Source: Vulcanimicrobiota bacterium (GTDB lineage: Bacteria; Vulcanimicrobiota; Xenobia; Xenobiales; JADMJV01). From it: 64,000 bases of DNA. The position numbers and the translations under genes are program-made. The stretch spans positions 87,513 through 151,512 of the forward strand of contig JBFWNU010000006.1 in the NCBI GenBank assembly GCA_050250895.1. Reading direction: 5' to 3'. Below are positions 45,470-55,686 of the stretch, one piece after another (position 1 is the first letter of the stretch; each line of letters starts with the position of its first letter). Below the pieces are notes generated by a model. The model was not told the origin of the DNA and did no database searches. It worked only from the letters and a program-made list of their open reading frames with translations.

Positions 45470-48400
45470 CGGGATGGCTATCTAAAAGGGCTTCCAGAAA
45501 GGCTAGCTCGTGATGGTCTTCGACCTCTTCAAGGGCTTTGTTGATGGCCGTGTAGACCGAAGACACCAGCACCGGCACCATGCGAGCATCGCGGTCGAGG
45601 CCTTTGAGCACCTTTTTGACCAGGCCGTGGGCCGGATTGATCTCGGTGATGCCGGATTGCGGGCGATGATAGATGAAGTAGCGTTTGCCCAGCTGAAAGA
45701 ACCTGGTGGGTTCGCCCCAGCATAGTCCGGTCAGCAGTTCGGGCGGCAGTCCCAGTTCTGGATCGGCGCAGATTCGAGCGAACTCTCTGCGCAGGGCCTT
45801 GAGCAGTTTCTGTTCGGGAGGCTCCTGCTGGGGCTTTTCCAGCTTGTCCACGTGGCAGCCGAAAAGGTTCTGATAGTAGGACTCGGACAGCAATCCCCCC
45901 AGTTCGGCCACCACCTGTTCCTGGCCCGGGTCGTCGAGACCAGGGTCGGCCACCCTGAGTCGTCCGGTCTGCTGGACCACCTGATAGAGAGCGTCGAGGC
46001 TGGTCAGGCTATGACCGTTGGCAGGCAGAAAGTGGAGCCGGGTGAGCGGGCTGTGGCCGCCCAGTTCGAGTTGGCGCATGACCTTCGCGCGCTGGGCAGC
46101 GACATACCCGTAGAGATAGACCTGACCACGGCGAAATTCGGGCTCGTGGGGTTCGAGGGTGATCATGCATTCCGCCAGCATCTGATAAAGCTCATCGATC
46201 TCGCGCTCGAGCACCTCTTGCTCGGCCTCCGATAGGACCTCGCCGGGGATGTCCACCCAGCCGCTGACCCGGATCTCGGCGGGGTCGAATTCTCCGACCC
46301 GGCGGTCTTGCTGATAGATGACCACGGCGTTGGCGCCCGTGCGAGGCACGCACAGGTGTCCGGCCAGCCCCTCGCGTTTGAAAGACTTGCCGACCAGCTT
46401 CGGGGTCGCCAGTAAGAGGGATAGCTCTCGCTCGCGCTGGCTACGGGCCTGCTCGGCTGCCGGGGCGGGTGGGTCGGCGGACTCGGGCGGCTGGTCGCCA
46501 AAGATGGGCACGGCCACCGGTGGCGGCAAAGGGGCTGGCTCGTCGTTAGAGAGGACGGCCTCCTCGGCAGGTGCTTCAAGCACCTGGTGAAACTCGGCTT
46601 TGAGGCGATCGAGTTCAGCCTGCTCTTGTTCGGCGGTTTTCTGCTGCGGCATCGGCTCGAGCTGCTCGGCTCGGGCGGCGGCGGGCAACTGCGCCTGATG
46701 CTTGCGCTCGGCCATGCGGGGCTCTTCAAAACTGGCTTCGACCACTTCCTCGAGGCCAAAGATCTTCTCGAGCACTTGATGGCTGGCCGTGCTGGCGTCG
46801 AGAGCGTGGTCGTCGTCGCTCTTGGGGCCGCCGAAGGCGACCGTAACCGACCCGAATTCGGCTACCCAGCGGGCGATGTCGGCCAGGCTGACCCTGGCCT
46901 GCTGGCGGGTTTCGAAGAGCGGCGCCAGCCAGGACTTCTCGCCCAACACGGCCCGCGCCCGTTGCTGACGCACCTGGGAGTCGAGAGTGAGGCTGTCTCC
47001 TAGCGAACTCAGCAGCCAGCTCCAATAGCTCATCAGGTGCTCCCGGGCTCGAAAACGTCGAAGCTGGTGCTCGGTGTCCATAACTATTTGAGCCTCGAGG
47101 CCGGCGAAAAGTTCCGGAGCCATTTGCTCGATAGCCTGCAAGCCCATGCGCTCGAGCTGGGCCAGGCGAACGCTCGTCTGCGCGAACAGGCACCAGCCTC
47201 GAAACTGGCTCTCGACCCCCCGCTGCTCTTTGGCCGAGGCGTACACGACCCGACATACACCGTCGGGGTGCCGGTTGGGGATGCCGACCAGGAAGTGGAC
47301 CTTGCCGACGGCTGCTTGCGTCTGCAGTAAGAACGGAATGGACTCGGCCGTCTCGACTTGACCCCGTCGCCCCCCCCGGCTGGCGCGCACCAGATCGCCG
47401 TTGACGAAATGCACCTTCGGAAAGAGCTTGCGCAGAGTGCGCACCTGGCGTTCGCTCGGACACAACACCAGCCAATCCGAGGGGAGCTTGGCGTAAGGGA
47501 GCTTTTTGGTAGTGAGGCTCAGCTGGCCTTCCTTGTCGTATTCGAGCTTGATGTTGCGCAACGAGCGCAGTCGCCCCTTGAGGTCGGGAAAGATGCAAAT
47601 GTCGAGCAACTTCTGCAGATTGTCGGGGAGCGAGTCGATGTCTTCTAGATCGCGGGCACTGAGCCACTCGTCAAAGAAGGCGAGCAGATACGAGAACACG
47701 GTCTCGCGCTGGTAGGATGGGATGCGTCGCCGGCCCAGTTCTTGTGACAGCGAGAGCAACACGTCTTGCAGCTTGGTGATACAGGCGAAATAGGCTTCGT
47801 CTTCGACCACGTCCGACTGAGAGGCGTTCTTTCTTACCGATTCGCTCTCGACGATCATGGCCACCGGTGGATGGATGCGCTTCTCCCAGCGCCGACAGAC
47901 CTGGACTCCGTAGCGCAGAAAGGTCAGGCTGGTCTGCTCCAGTTGGCCATAGCCCAGACCGACCGCGCCTCGCACCTCTACGCTCTCGAAGCGGTGGTTG
48001 GGCCAGGGGGTGCCCATGTAGAGTGTGCTCTCAGAGCAGATATTGTTGCCGTTGAGGGTGAGAACGATACGGCAGTTGTGGCAGTGGGTCTGCAACAAGG
48101 CGACGTCTTTGCCGCCGGCTTCGACCTCGATTTCGAAGAAGTGGAACTTCTCGGGCGGGCTTTTGACCACTTGCTCCAACTGGTTGGTTTCCGCCGTCTT
48201 GCGCCACTGGAAGCCGTTACAATCCAGGCGGATGGCGGTGGGGTTCAGCGCCTGGCACGAGACGAGGCCGAGGGCTAGTTCACGCGTTCTGTCTTGAGCC
48301 CGATCGCGCCCGGACGAGAAGAGATGATCGTAGAGCGTCTCTAGTTCAAAGCGGTCGTAGCCGGGCCCGTTGAAATGGATTTTGAGCCGGTCCTCTCGCA

Positions 48401-48599
48401 GTTCGCGCCGTTCATAGTCAGCGTGAATCTCGGTGGCGCCGCTGGCGATGAAGCCCTGAATCAGCTGCAGAATATAGAAGTTTGGGTCGGGCAACTGAAA
48501 GCGCTTGAGTTTCTCTTTGGCCTTGTCCATAGCCAGCGAGAAGGAAGCCTTGCGTTCTTCCACCGCGCCTTCGGTGATAAGCTCTTCTAAGAAACTCAT
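45462..48599 (-). CDS. Large Hsp90/GHKL-like protein with degenerate ATPase motifs
   Basis: FYILQLIQGFIASGA and FNGPG in place of the N-box and G1 box; C-terminal EINPAHGLV. Resembles the adjacent gene. Confidence 0.7.
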   Translation of the reverse strand: MSFLEELITEGAVEERKASFSLAMDKAKEKLKRFQLPDPNFYILQLIQGFIASGATEIHADYERRELREDRLKIHFNGPGYDRFELETLYDHLFSSGRDRAQDRTRELALGLVSCQALNPTAIRLDCNGFQWRKTAETNQLEQVVKSPPEKFHFFEIEVEAGGKDVALLQTHCHNCRIVLTLNGNNICSESTLYMGTPWPNHRFESVEVRGAVGLGYGQLEQTSLTFLRYGVQVCRRWEKRIHPPVAMIVESESVRKNASQSDVVEDEAYFACITKLQDVLLSLSQELGRRRIPSYQRETVFSYLLAFFDEWLSARDLEDIDSLPDNLQKLLDICIFPDLKGRLRSLRNIKLEYDKEGQLSLTTKKLPYAKLPSDWLVLCPSERQVRTLRKLFPKVHFVNGDLVRASRGGRRGQVETAESIPFLLQTQAAVGKVHFLVGIPNRHPDGVCRVVYASAKEQRGVESQFRGWCLFAQTSVRLAQLERMGLQAIEQMAPELFAGLEAQIVMDTEHQLRRFRAREHLMSYWSWLLSSLGDSLTLDSQVRQQRARAVLGEKSWLAPLFETRQQARVSLADIARWVAEFGSVTVAFGGPKSDDDHALDASTASHQVLEKIFGLEEVVEASFEEPRMAERKHQAQLPAAARAEQLEPMPQQKTAEQEQAELDRLKAEFHQVLEAPAEEAVLSNDEPAPLPPPVAVPIFGDQPPESADPPAPAAEQARSQRERELSLLLATPKLVGKSFKREGLAGHLCVPRTGANAVVIYQQDRRVGEFDPAEIRVSGWVDIPGEVLSEAEQEVLEREIDELYQMLAECMITLEPHEPEFRRGQVYLYGYVAAQRAKVMRQLELGGHSPLTRLHFLPANGHSLTSLDALYQVVQQTGRLRVADPGLDDPGQEQVVAELGGLLSESYYQNLFGCHVDKLEKPQQEPPEQKLLKALRREFARICADPELGLPPELLTGLCWGEPTRFFQLGKRYFIYHRPQSGITEINPAHGLVKKVLKGLDRDARMVPVLVSSVYTAINKALEEVEDHHELAFLEALLDSHPDG

Positions 48600-50161
48600 G
48601 CTTTGATCGACATCGCCCTCTCGGCTATCCTGGCTTCGACCTTGTCAGGCAAGCCATCTTGCAACAGAGCCGCCTTAGCCAGCACGAAAGCGGCCAGCAA
48701 AGGACTGTGTTCAGCCTGGGCCAGGGCTTTCTTGACCAGGGGATGACGGCGATTGTAGAGCAACACTCCTGGAATCACCTGCAAGCGACTCCAGAAGCCA
48801 CGCTCGAACAAGCGGACGGGCTCGCCCAGGTGTCGCTGGACCAGGCACGGTCGATCCGAGATGGTCGAGCCTTCATAGTCGAAGTCGGCCAACTGCACCT
48901 TCATGACCGAGGCTTTGCCGCGTCGCAGCATGGCCACCACATTCCAACCGATCTTGCGCAGCGTGGGTGGGGCGTCGAGCGGTACGGGGGTGGCTACACT
49001 AGCGCAGGCCGAGCGCGCCGGCCGGCCGCAGACCGCCTCGAGACCGGCCGCCAGACTGGTGTCGACACTGGTCCAGAAGACGGGGATTCCCTCTTCATGG
49101 AGTCGTTTGCTGACCTCGGTCGGGCGCGAGTCGACATACACGCACTCTTCGGATTGGGCGGCGGCGCGAGCTTGTTGAATCGACTGAGGAGGTCCATGCA
49201 GCACGGGAAAGAGAGGTAACTCGGCAAAGGAGGAGGGGAAGTAGTCTCGCCAGCGGCTGAGCGCTGCCCCCGCACTGGCCATGAGATGACTGAGTTCGGC
49301 GGCCGTCTCGGGATAGTTCCTGAGCAACTCCATCACCTGTTTTTGGAAGGCGGCGCTGAGATCTTCGCGGATGACCCTGGCCAGCAGCTTCATGGCTTTG
49401 TGATAGTTTTCGTCTTCGAGCACGTTGTCGCGGGTGAGGGTGTGTTCGAGGTAGCGCGACTTGATCTTGAAAGTGACCCCAGGAAACTGCTCCTGGTAGC
49501 CGACTTTGAGGGTCAGGCCCTGATTGTACATCGCGAAGGCGGGTTGCAGCGAACTGGTGTAGCCGGCCACCACCTCGGTGCCCTGGCCTTCATAGTAGAA
49601 CTGGCAGGGCGAGTCTACCCGAAGCTTTTCGTTGATGACTTCGCCGTTGAAGGTGATCTCGTTCTCTGAGTGACAGCACCAGAACTTGATCGTCTCGAGC
49701 GACCGACGTTCGAACTCGGCCAGATCCTGGGGCCGAATTCTCTTGTAGACCCGGATCGAGGTTCCCTCGATGGGCATCTCGAGTCGTAAGATGCGAAAGT
49801 CGGTGGTGCCGTCGAAGGCTACCCGATAAAACTCGCCTTCACGACCCGTGTCCACCAACACCAACTCAGGCACGATGGCGAAGACCGACACGAAGCCGAT
49901 GCCGAACTTGCCGATCTTGGTGAAATCGTTCTCTTTGGTGGATGAAAAGAGGCGGGTCAATTTGGATACGATCACGTCCAGGGTCATACCCTCGCCCGTG
50001 TCCGCCACGGTGGCCAATACCATCTTCTGGTCTTCTAGCCAGTCGACGGTGACATCGACTCGGCCCGAGCCTGCATCCATGGCGTTTTGAATGAGTTCGC
50101 GGTAGAAGGTGAAGGGGTCGCTGAATTGGCCCACCAGGTTTTCGAAGACATCTTCGATCAT
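48596..50161 (-). CDS. Hsp90/HtpG-like GHKL ATPase
   Basis: FYRELIQNAMDA, DTGEGM, SSTK, IGKFGIGFVSVF, GT; LTRD loop; C-terminal YNRRHPLV. Confidence 0.88.
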   Translation of the reverse strand: MIEDVFENLVGQFSDPFTFYRELIQNAMDAGSGRVDVTVDWLEDQKMVLATVADTGEGMTLDVIVSKLTRLFSSTKENDFTKIGKFGIGFVSVFAIVPELVLVDTGREGEFYRVAFDGTTDFRILRLEMPIEGTSIRVYKRIRPQDLAEFERRSLETIKFWCCHSENEITFNGEVINEKLRVDSPCQFYYEGQGTEVVAGYTSSLQPAFAMYNQGLTLKVGYQEQFPGVTFKIKSRYLEHTLTRDNVLEDENYHKAMKLLARVIREDLSAAFQKQVMELLRNYPETAAELSHLMASAGAALSRWRDYFPSSFAELPLFPVLHGPPQSIQQARAAAQSEECVYVDSRPTEVSKRLHEEGIPVFWTSVDTSLAAGLEAVCGRPARSACASVATPVPLDAPPTLRKIGWNVVAMLRRGKASVMKVQLADFDYEGSTISDRPCLVQRHLGEPVRLFERGFWSRLQVIPGVLLYNRRHPLVKKALAQAEHSPLLAAFVLAKAALLQDGLPDKVEARIAERAMSIKA

Positions 50162-50281
50162 TGACGCAACCCTTTGTTCTTGCCGAGAAGGCTTCCTGCC
50201 CGGCAGTTCGAAGCGACCTTGGCGCGACTTCCGGTGAGCCCGGCGGTTCTATCCAGAAAGTCGTTTCAAGAAGGAGTGCCC

Positions 50282-50905
50282 ATGAACAGATTTTGGATCA
50301 CCCCAATGCTTTTGCTCGGTCTGGCCGCCTGTGCCGCCAATCCCGCCGACAACAAGCCCAGAGCCAACGTTACCGAGGCCACGCCCGCGGCTACGGCGGC
50401 CCCTCGCGTTGAAGGCAAAGAGTACGCGCTCACCGGCGACTCGAAGGTGGGCTTTGTCGGCTCCAAAGTGACCGGCAGCCACGAAGGCCAGTTCAAGAAG
50501 GTCGACGGCTCGATCATCGTGCCCGAGGGAGACATCACGAAGGGCCAGGTGAACATCAACATCGATATGGCGTCGGTAGAGTCCGATGCCGCCAAGCTGA
50601 CCGGGCATCTGAAGTCGCCCGACTTCTTCGACGTCACCAATCACCCGCAATCGACCTTTCAGTCGACCTCGATCACCGGGAGCGGTCCCGACTACGAGGT
50701 GAAAGGCAATCTCAGCCTGCGCGGAAAGACCAGGGAGATCACCTTTCCGGCGACGATCGCGGTGGCCGAGGATACCGTTTCGGCGCAGGCCGAGTTCTCG
50801 ATCGACCGCAACGACTTCGACATCAAATACCCGGGCAAGCCCGACGACCTGATTCGACCCGAGGTGGTCATCAAGTTCGACGTGACCGCCCAGCCTCGGA
50901 GTTGA
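50282..50905 (+). CDS. YceI-family lipoprotein
   Basis: Lipobox LAAC, HLKSPDFFDV..HP, GNLSLRGKT. SD AAGGAG. Confidence 0.9.
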   Translation: MNRFWITPMLLLGLAACAANPADNKPRANVTEATPAATAAPRVEGKEYALTGDSKVGFVGSKVTGSHEGQFKKVDGSIIVPEGDITKGQVNINIDMASVESDAAKLTGHLKSPDFFDVTNHPQSTFQSTSITGSGPDYEVKGNLSLRGKTREITFPATIAVAEDTVSAQAEFSIDRNDFDIKYPGKPDDLIRPEVVIKFDVTAQPRS

Positions 50906-50906
50906 C

Positions 50907-51263
50907 GTGGCCGATTTTGAAGTCGATCAAGAGCTTTTGGATACGCTGGTCGACGGCGATGTCGAGTTTGCGCAGGACCTCATCGACACTTACGTCACCT
51001 CCACCACCGAGCAGTTGGTAGAGCTGCGTGCGGCCGCCGACCGGGGCCAGGCTCAAGCCTTTACCAAGACGGTCCACACCATCAAAGGAGCCAGCGCCAG
51101 TCTCGGTCAGGTTTCGACTCAGGCTTTCGCGCTCAGCCTCGAGCGGGCGGCCAGGGCAGAGAACCTGGAATTCTGCCGGCAGAATCTAGAGGGCTTTGAG
51201 GCTGCGGTCCGAGCCAGTCATGCCTATCTGAGGCAGTATCTCAACAGCTTCACAGATAGTTAA
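50907..51263 (+). CDS. Stand-alone Hpt domain protein
   Basis: HTIKGASASLG, helical, 118 aa. Confidence 0.88.
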   Translation: MADFEVDQELLDTLVDGDVEFAQDLIDTYVTSTTEQLVELRAAADRGQAQAFTKTVHTIKGASASLGQVSTQAFALSLERAARAENLEFCRQNLEGFEAAVRASHAYLRQYLNSFTDS

Positions 51264-51298
51264 CAACTCGTCCCGGGGGATTGAGACACACTCTCGGA

Positions 51299-52753
51299 GT
51301 GAGAATAGCCAATTCCAGTCCAGTTCGCCTGAACCACCCGGCCTGCTTCCATCAGCATCGCCATAACTCGAACGCCACCGCGCCGGTGGATGCTTTCGTG
51401 CCCAGCGTCAGCGGACCGAGCATCCCCGAACAGGGCGAAGCCGGACTGGGCGATTCGCTCTTTCCCCACCTCGGCAACGGGGGCTATGACGCGCAACACT
51501 ATCGGATCGAGGTCGATGTCGACGAGCGCGGCTCGTTGCGGGGTAAGTCCACCATGACGGCCACGGCCGCCCGCGACCTGGCCAGCTTCAATTTGGACTT
51601 TCGGGGCTTCGACATCGCGAAGATTACGGTGGACGGACAGTCGGCCCGCTTCGAGCGCCAGGACGCCGAACTCATCGTCCATCCCCAACAGGTTCTCTCT
51701 GGCGGTCAGGATTTCGATGTCTCGGTGGAGTATGCCGGCACCCCCAACGGCTATCGTTCACCCTATGCTCCGGTGCGACTCGGCTGGAACAACTTTCGTG
51801 ACGGTAGCTATGTGGTCAGCCAGCCTGACGGGGCTTCTGCCTGGTATCCTGTCAACGACCACCCCAGCGACAAGGCGACCTATGACTTCGAAATCACCGT
51901 CCCCAGGCCGATGGTAGCGGTGGCCAACGGTGTGCTCGAGAGCGCTGTCGACAAAGGCGACAAGACCACCTACACCTGGAAGGCGCGCGACCCGATGGCC
52001 AGCTATCTAGCCACCGTGCATGTGGGCGACTACGTCCGTCGTGAGCAGACCGGGCCCAACGGCTTGCCGATTCGCCATTACTTCCCGGCCGATATTGCCG
52101 ATGAAGCAGCCTATGACTTCGGTCGCGTGCCGGAAATGCTCGAATACTTCGGAAACCTTTTCGGTCCCTATCCGTTCGAAGTCTACGGAGGGATCGTCAT
52201 GGACACGCAGATCGGCGGGGCCGCGCTCGAGACGCAGACCCTGCCCCTTTACGAGCGGGGAATGGTGACCGGCAACCGGGCCTACGAAACGGTCTATGTG
52301 CACGAGTTGGCCCACCACTGGTTTGGCGATAGCGTGTCGCTCAAAGATTGGCGCGACATCTGGCTCAACGAAGGTTTCGCCACCTATGCTCAGTGGCTTT
52401 GGGATGAGCGCAACCAGGGTCGTGAGGCCATCGAGCGCGAGGCTGAGTCAGTCCATCGCCGGCTGAGCCGAGGCGGGGGCGAGCCGGTGGCAAAACCGGG
52501 TGCGGACGGCCTCTTCAGCCATCGGGTCTATATGCAGGGCGGTCTGACTCTGCATGCCTTTCGGCGCGAAGTGGGCGACGAGAAGTTCTTTCAGACGGTT
52601 CGCACCTATTTCGATCGCTATCAGGGCAAGACGGCCGACACCGAAGACTTTATCAAGGTGGCGAGCGAGGTGGCCGAACGTCCGATGGACGAATTCTTCG
52701 GCAAGTGGCTCTACGGTTCGCGTCTGCCCGATCTACCCCCGAGGACGGCTTGA
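51299..52753 (+). CDS. M1-family metallo-aminopeptidase
   Basis: GNGGYD, DHPSDKA, PMASYL, PYPF, ALETQT, HELAHHWFG, WLNEGFATY. Start approximate. Confidence 0.92.
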   Translation: MRIANSSPVRLNHPACFHQHRHNSNATAPVDAFVPSVSGPSIPEQGEAGLGDSLFPHLGNGGYDAQHYRIEVDVDERGSLRGKSTMTATAARDLASFNLDFRGFDIAKITVDGQSARFERQDAELIVHPQQVLSGGQDFDVSVEYAGTPNGYRSPYAPVRLGWNNFRDGSYVVSQPDGASAWYPVNDHPSDKATYDFEITVPRPMVAVANGVLESAVDKGDKTTYTWKARDPMASYLATVHVGDYVRREQTGPNGLPIRHYFPADIADEAAYDFGRVPEMLEYFGNLFGPYPFEVYGGIVMDTQIGGAALETQTLPLYERGMVTGNRAYETVYVHELAHHWFGDSVSLKDWRDIWLNEGFATYAQWLWDERNQGREAIEREAESVHRRLSRGGGEPVAKPGADGLFSHRVYMQGGLTLHAFRREVGDEKFFQTVRTYFDRYQGKTADTEDFIKVASEVAERPMDEFFGKWLYGSRLPDLPPRTA

Positions 52754-53325
52754 GAAGCAGACTGGTCTATCTGCTGCTGCCGCTGGTCTTGCTAGCGGGT
52801 TGCCGTTCCAAGCATCCGGGTTGGAGCGAGACCATCGACGCTCCCTATCATTTTATCCTGGCCGCCAGCGGTCGTGACAAACTCAAAGTCAAGCCATCCC
52901 GCCTCGCTTTCGGCCAGTCCGGGCCCGAGCAGGTCGAGGCCTTTGTGAAAGAGTTTCCCCTGCCCCTCAAGGTGTTCGAGGTCGAGCAAGAGTATGGCGG
53001 CATTCCCTATCTCGAGGCCGACTATGGCGAATTGCGTCTGATCTATCGCTTCGACTCCGCCGGTAAGACTCTACAATCGATTACCGTGCTTCATATCCAG
53101 GCCGACGACTCGCCGGTGCCTGACCGGCTTTTGTCGTTGCTGAGCGACGCCTACGGACGACCCGACAGCGTCGATCCTCTCGAGGTGACCGTCGACGGCG
53201 AAAAGATCACCACCGACATCACGATCTCGCACTGGCAGCGCTCGGCGTTTCGAGTGTCCTTGCGAGTGCCCAGGGACACCCACCGCGAGGCCCAGGTGAT
53301 CGTGCTCGAGTTTCGGGCACCCTAG
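52750..53325 (+). CDS. Hypothetical lipoprotein
   Basis: TTG overlaps the upstream stop. MRSRLVYLLLPLVLLAGC lipobox. Confidence 0.7.
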   Translation: MRSRLVYLLLPLVLLAGCRSKHPGWSETIDAPYHFILAASGRDKLKVKPSRLAFGQSGPEQVEAFVKEFPLPLKVFEVEQEYGGIPYLEADYGELRLIYRFDSAGKTLQSITVLHIQADDSPVPDRLLSLLSDAYGRPDSVDPLEVTVDGEKITTDITISHWQRSAFRVSLRVPRDTHREAQVIVLEFRAP

Positions 53326-53329
53326 ACCC

Positions 53330-54685
53330 CTAAAGGGCGTCGCAGTCCCAAAAGCGGGCCGAGCCTTCGTCGTAGAGGGCCAGTAGCCGATGGCTGGCGG
53401 GTTGGAACTGCAAGCTCTCTACCCCCAACTCGGGTCCCTGAAATCCGCCTCGCCGGGTTGGGCCGGCGGTCTCGTAAACGGTAATGCCGCTGTCCCCGTC
53501 GGCCACCGCCAGCAAAGCACCGTCGCTGGCGAAGGCCAGGGCCGCAATGCCGGCCGGGTGCCGAAACTCGTGACAGGTAGCCGCTGGCAGGCTCCAAAGC
53601 CTGAGCCCCCCGTCTTCGCCGCCGCTGGCCAACAGTTCGCCCGTGGGCGAGAAGGCCAGACTGGTGACCGCATCTGAATGACCCAACAGGCGCCGCTCGC
53701 CCAGGGCGATGCTGCCGTCCAGGCCCCCGGTGGCCAGGGTTCCGTCGGGTGCATAGGCACACACACAGGTCCAGGGACGAGTGGGCAGCAGCACGTGTTG
53801 GCTCAGACCGGTCTTGTCCCAGCTACGCACGCTTCCGTCGGCCCCGGTCGAGACCAGGCCGTGAGGCCCGAAGTCGAGGCCCCAAACACTATCTTCGTGC
53901 CCTTCACAGGTGGCTACACGACTGCTGGTGGCCAACGACCACAGAGCCACCAGATTGTCTTCGCCGCCGCTGGCCAGGCTCTCGCCCGCGGGCGAGAAAC
54001 CGACCACCAGGGCCGGACCCTGGTGGGCCTCGAAGACAGCCAGGGGGTCGAGGCCTCGACCCTCGAAAAGGCAGACGCGTCCGTCGGCGTGGGCGGTCGC
54101 TACCAGGTCGCCGGTGGGGTCAAAGCAAAGATCGTTGACCTCGCCGGTCGCCGCCGAGCCCAGTTCCATTCCGCTCTTTATGTCCCAAACGACGACTCGA
54201 CCATCGACGGCGGTGATGGCCACCCGGCCGTCGGGGCGCACCGCAAACGGCGCGGCCCGGTCGTCGAGTTGGCCCAGCATCTGGCCGTTTGCGTCCCAGA
54301 CGCGGATAGCAAAGTCCTCGCCCGCCGAAAACAGGCGCGAGCCCGCCAAGCGCAGTTGCCGGATGGTCTCGCCGTCATGGCCGGCCAGCACCTGGGGCCG
54401 GTCGGGGTCGGCCGGGTCAAAGATCGTGATCTGCTCTTGAGCCAGCACGATCCGACCGCGGGTCGGGTCGAACGCCACGGCCGTGGCCGGGCACTCGAAT
54501 TCCCACGCCGGCTCGGGCTTGCCCCATTCGAAGCAGGCCGCTCCACCGGTAGCGAGAATCAGACAGTGGCTTGGCGAAACGGCCCGGGCGCTCAAGAGGG
54601 TGCCGCGGCCCACCCGGCCGAGATAGCCTCCCTGGCGTAGTTCGGGTGGTAGAAAGGTACCGCGAAGGTCCACGATGGCTTGCAT
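53330..54685 (-). CDS. WD40-repeat protein
   Basis: Multiple GH...FSP.G..LASGGEDN/DG...W(D/S) repeats. Confidence 0.9.
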   Translation of the reverse strand: MQAIVDLRGTFLPPELRQGGYLGRVGRGTLLSARAVSPSHCLILATGGAACFEWGKPEPAWEFECPATAVAFDPTRGRIVLAQEQITIFDPADPDRPQVLAGHDGETIRQLRLAGSRLFSAGEDFAIRVWDANGQMLGQLDDRAAPFAVRPDGRVAITAVDGRVVVWDIKSGMELGSAATGEVNDLCFDPTGDLVATAHADGRVCLFEGRGLDPLAVFEAHQGPALVVGFSPAGESLASGGEDNLVALWSLATSSRVATCEGHEDSVWGLDFGPHGLVSTGADGSVRSWDKTGLSQHVLLPTRPWTCVCAYAPDGTLATGGLDGSIALGERRLLGHSDAVTSLAFSPTGELLASGGEDGGLRLWSLPAATCHEFRHPAGIAALAFASDGALLAVADGDSGITVYETAGPTRRGGFQGPELGVESLQFQPASHRLLALYDEGSARFWDCDAL

Positions 54686-54744
54686 TCCGGCGTTTTCACC
54701 GTCGGCAGAGGGCCTCCTTCGGGTTGATGAGGAAGGACAAAAAG

Positions 54745-54999
54745 ATGGAAAGCATCGGTGAGAGGATTCGCCACAAACGCAACGAGCACGGCTTCGACCT
54801 CTGTCACTACGCGGTGGCGTTGCTGGTGACCCCCGAGACCATTCAGAAGATCGAGAACGACGAGTTTAGCGATCTCCCCCGCCATTGGCTGACCCGTATC
54901 GCGGCCCTCAACGGGCTCGAGACCAAAGAGTTGATCAAAGACACCAACATCCACTTCTATGACCCCTCGCGCCAGGTCTACGTCCTTCGTAAAGACTGA
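54745..54999 (+). CDS. XRE-like helix-turn-helix protein
   Basis: IGERIRHKR..HG......A..L.VT..TIQKIEN. Confidence 0.7.
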   Translation: MESIGERIRHKRNEHGFDLCHYAVALLVTPETIQKIENDEFSDLPRHWLTRIAALNGLETKELIKDTNIHFYDPSRQVYVLRKD

Positions 55000-55101
55000 G
55001 GTGGTAGGATCGTCTGGTTGGCTTTAGGAGTTGTGTTACTTCTGGGTCCAGCCAGCAATGGGCTAGAATAGGAGGGTCTTGGGGCAAAAAACAAACAGGA
55101 G

Positions 55102-55686
55102 TTGCCCGCCGTGTTAGCCTTTATTAAGAACCTCTTTAGCCGCCACCCCAAGGTCGAAGTGATTGAATACAGTGACGGCCTGTTGAGCTTCCGCTCCAAG
55201 AACACTCTGCCCATCGCCCCTACCGTGGTCCGGGTCCGCTCCGGCGCAAATGAAGTCGACACCCGCGTCGACATCGAATCGTTCGACGCCAGCTCTTCCA
55301 TCTATCGCGCCCAGCTGCCGAACGCCGACAAGGTTCTCTCCAAACTCAAACTCGACCGCCGCGACGCCGAGCGTTTCACCTGCGTGCTGAGAGTGGTCTC
55401 GCCTTCGTTACCCCTGTTTAGTTGCACCACCGAAGACGTGTCGGTCACGGGGATGCGGATTTCGCTGCGACGGCCTGTCGAGCAGGGCAAAGAATTTCTG
55501 GTGACCCTCGAACTCGACGATTCAGAGAAGACTCCCATCCAGGTCGTGGTCGAGGTGCGCTGGTGCGCTCAACGGGCTGACCGGAGCTTTCACGCCGGGT
55601 TGCGCTTCACCGACCTCGAAGGTCGCCAGAAGCGAATGCTCGAGAAATACCTCAGCGGCCACGGCAAGGGCTTCTCTCGCAACTAG
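55102..55686 (+). CDS. PilZ-domain protein
   Basis: DRRDAERF...DVSVTGMR...VRW...GLRF. The start may instead be GTG 55111. Confidence 0.85.
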   Translation: MPAVLAFIKNLFSRHPKVEVIEYSDGLLSFRSKNTLPIAPTVVRVRSGANEVDTRVDIESFDASSSIYRAQLPNADKVLSKLKLDRRDAERFTCVLRVVSPSLPLFSCTTEDVSVTGMRISLRRPVEQGKEFLVTLELDDSEKTPIQVVVEVRWCAQRADRSFHAGLRFTDLEGRQKRMLEKYLSGHGKGFSRN

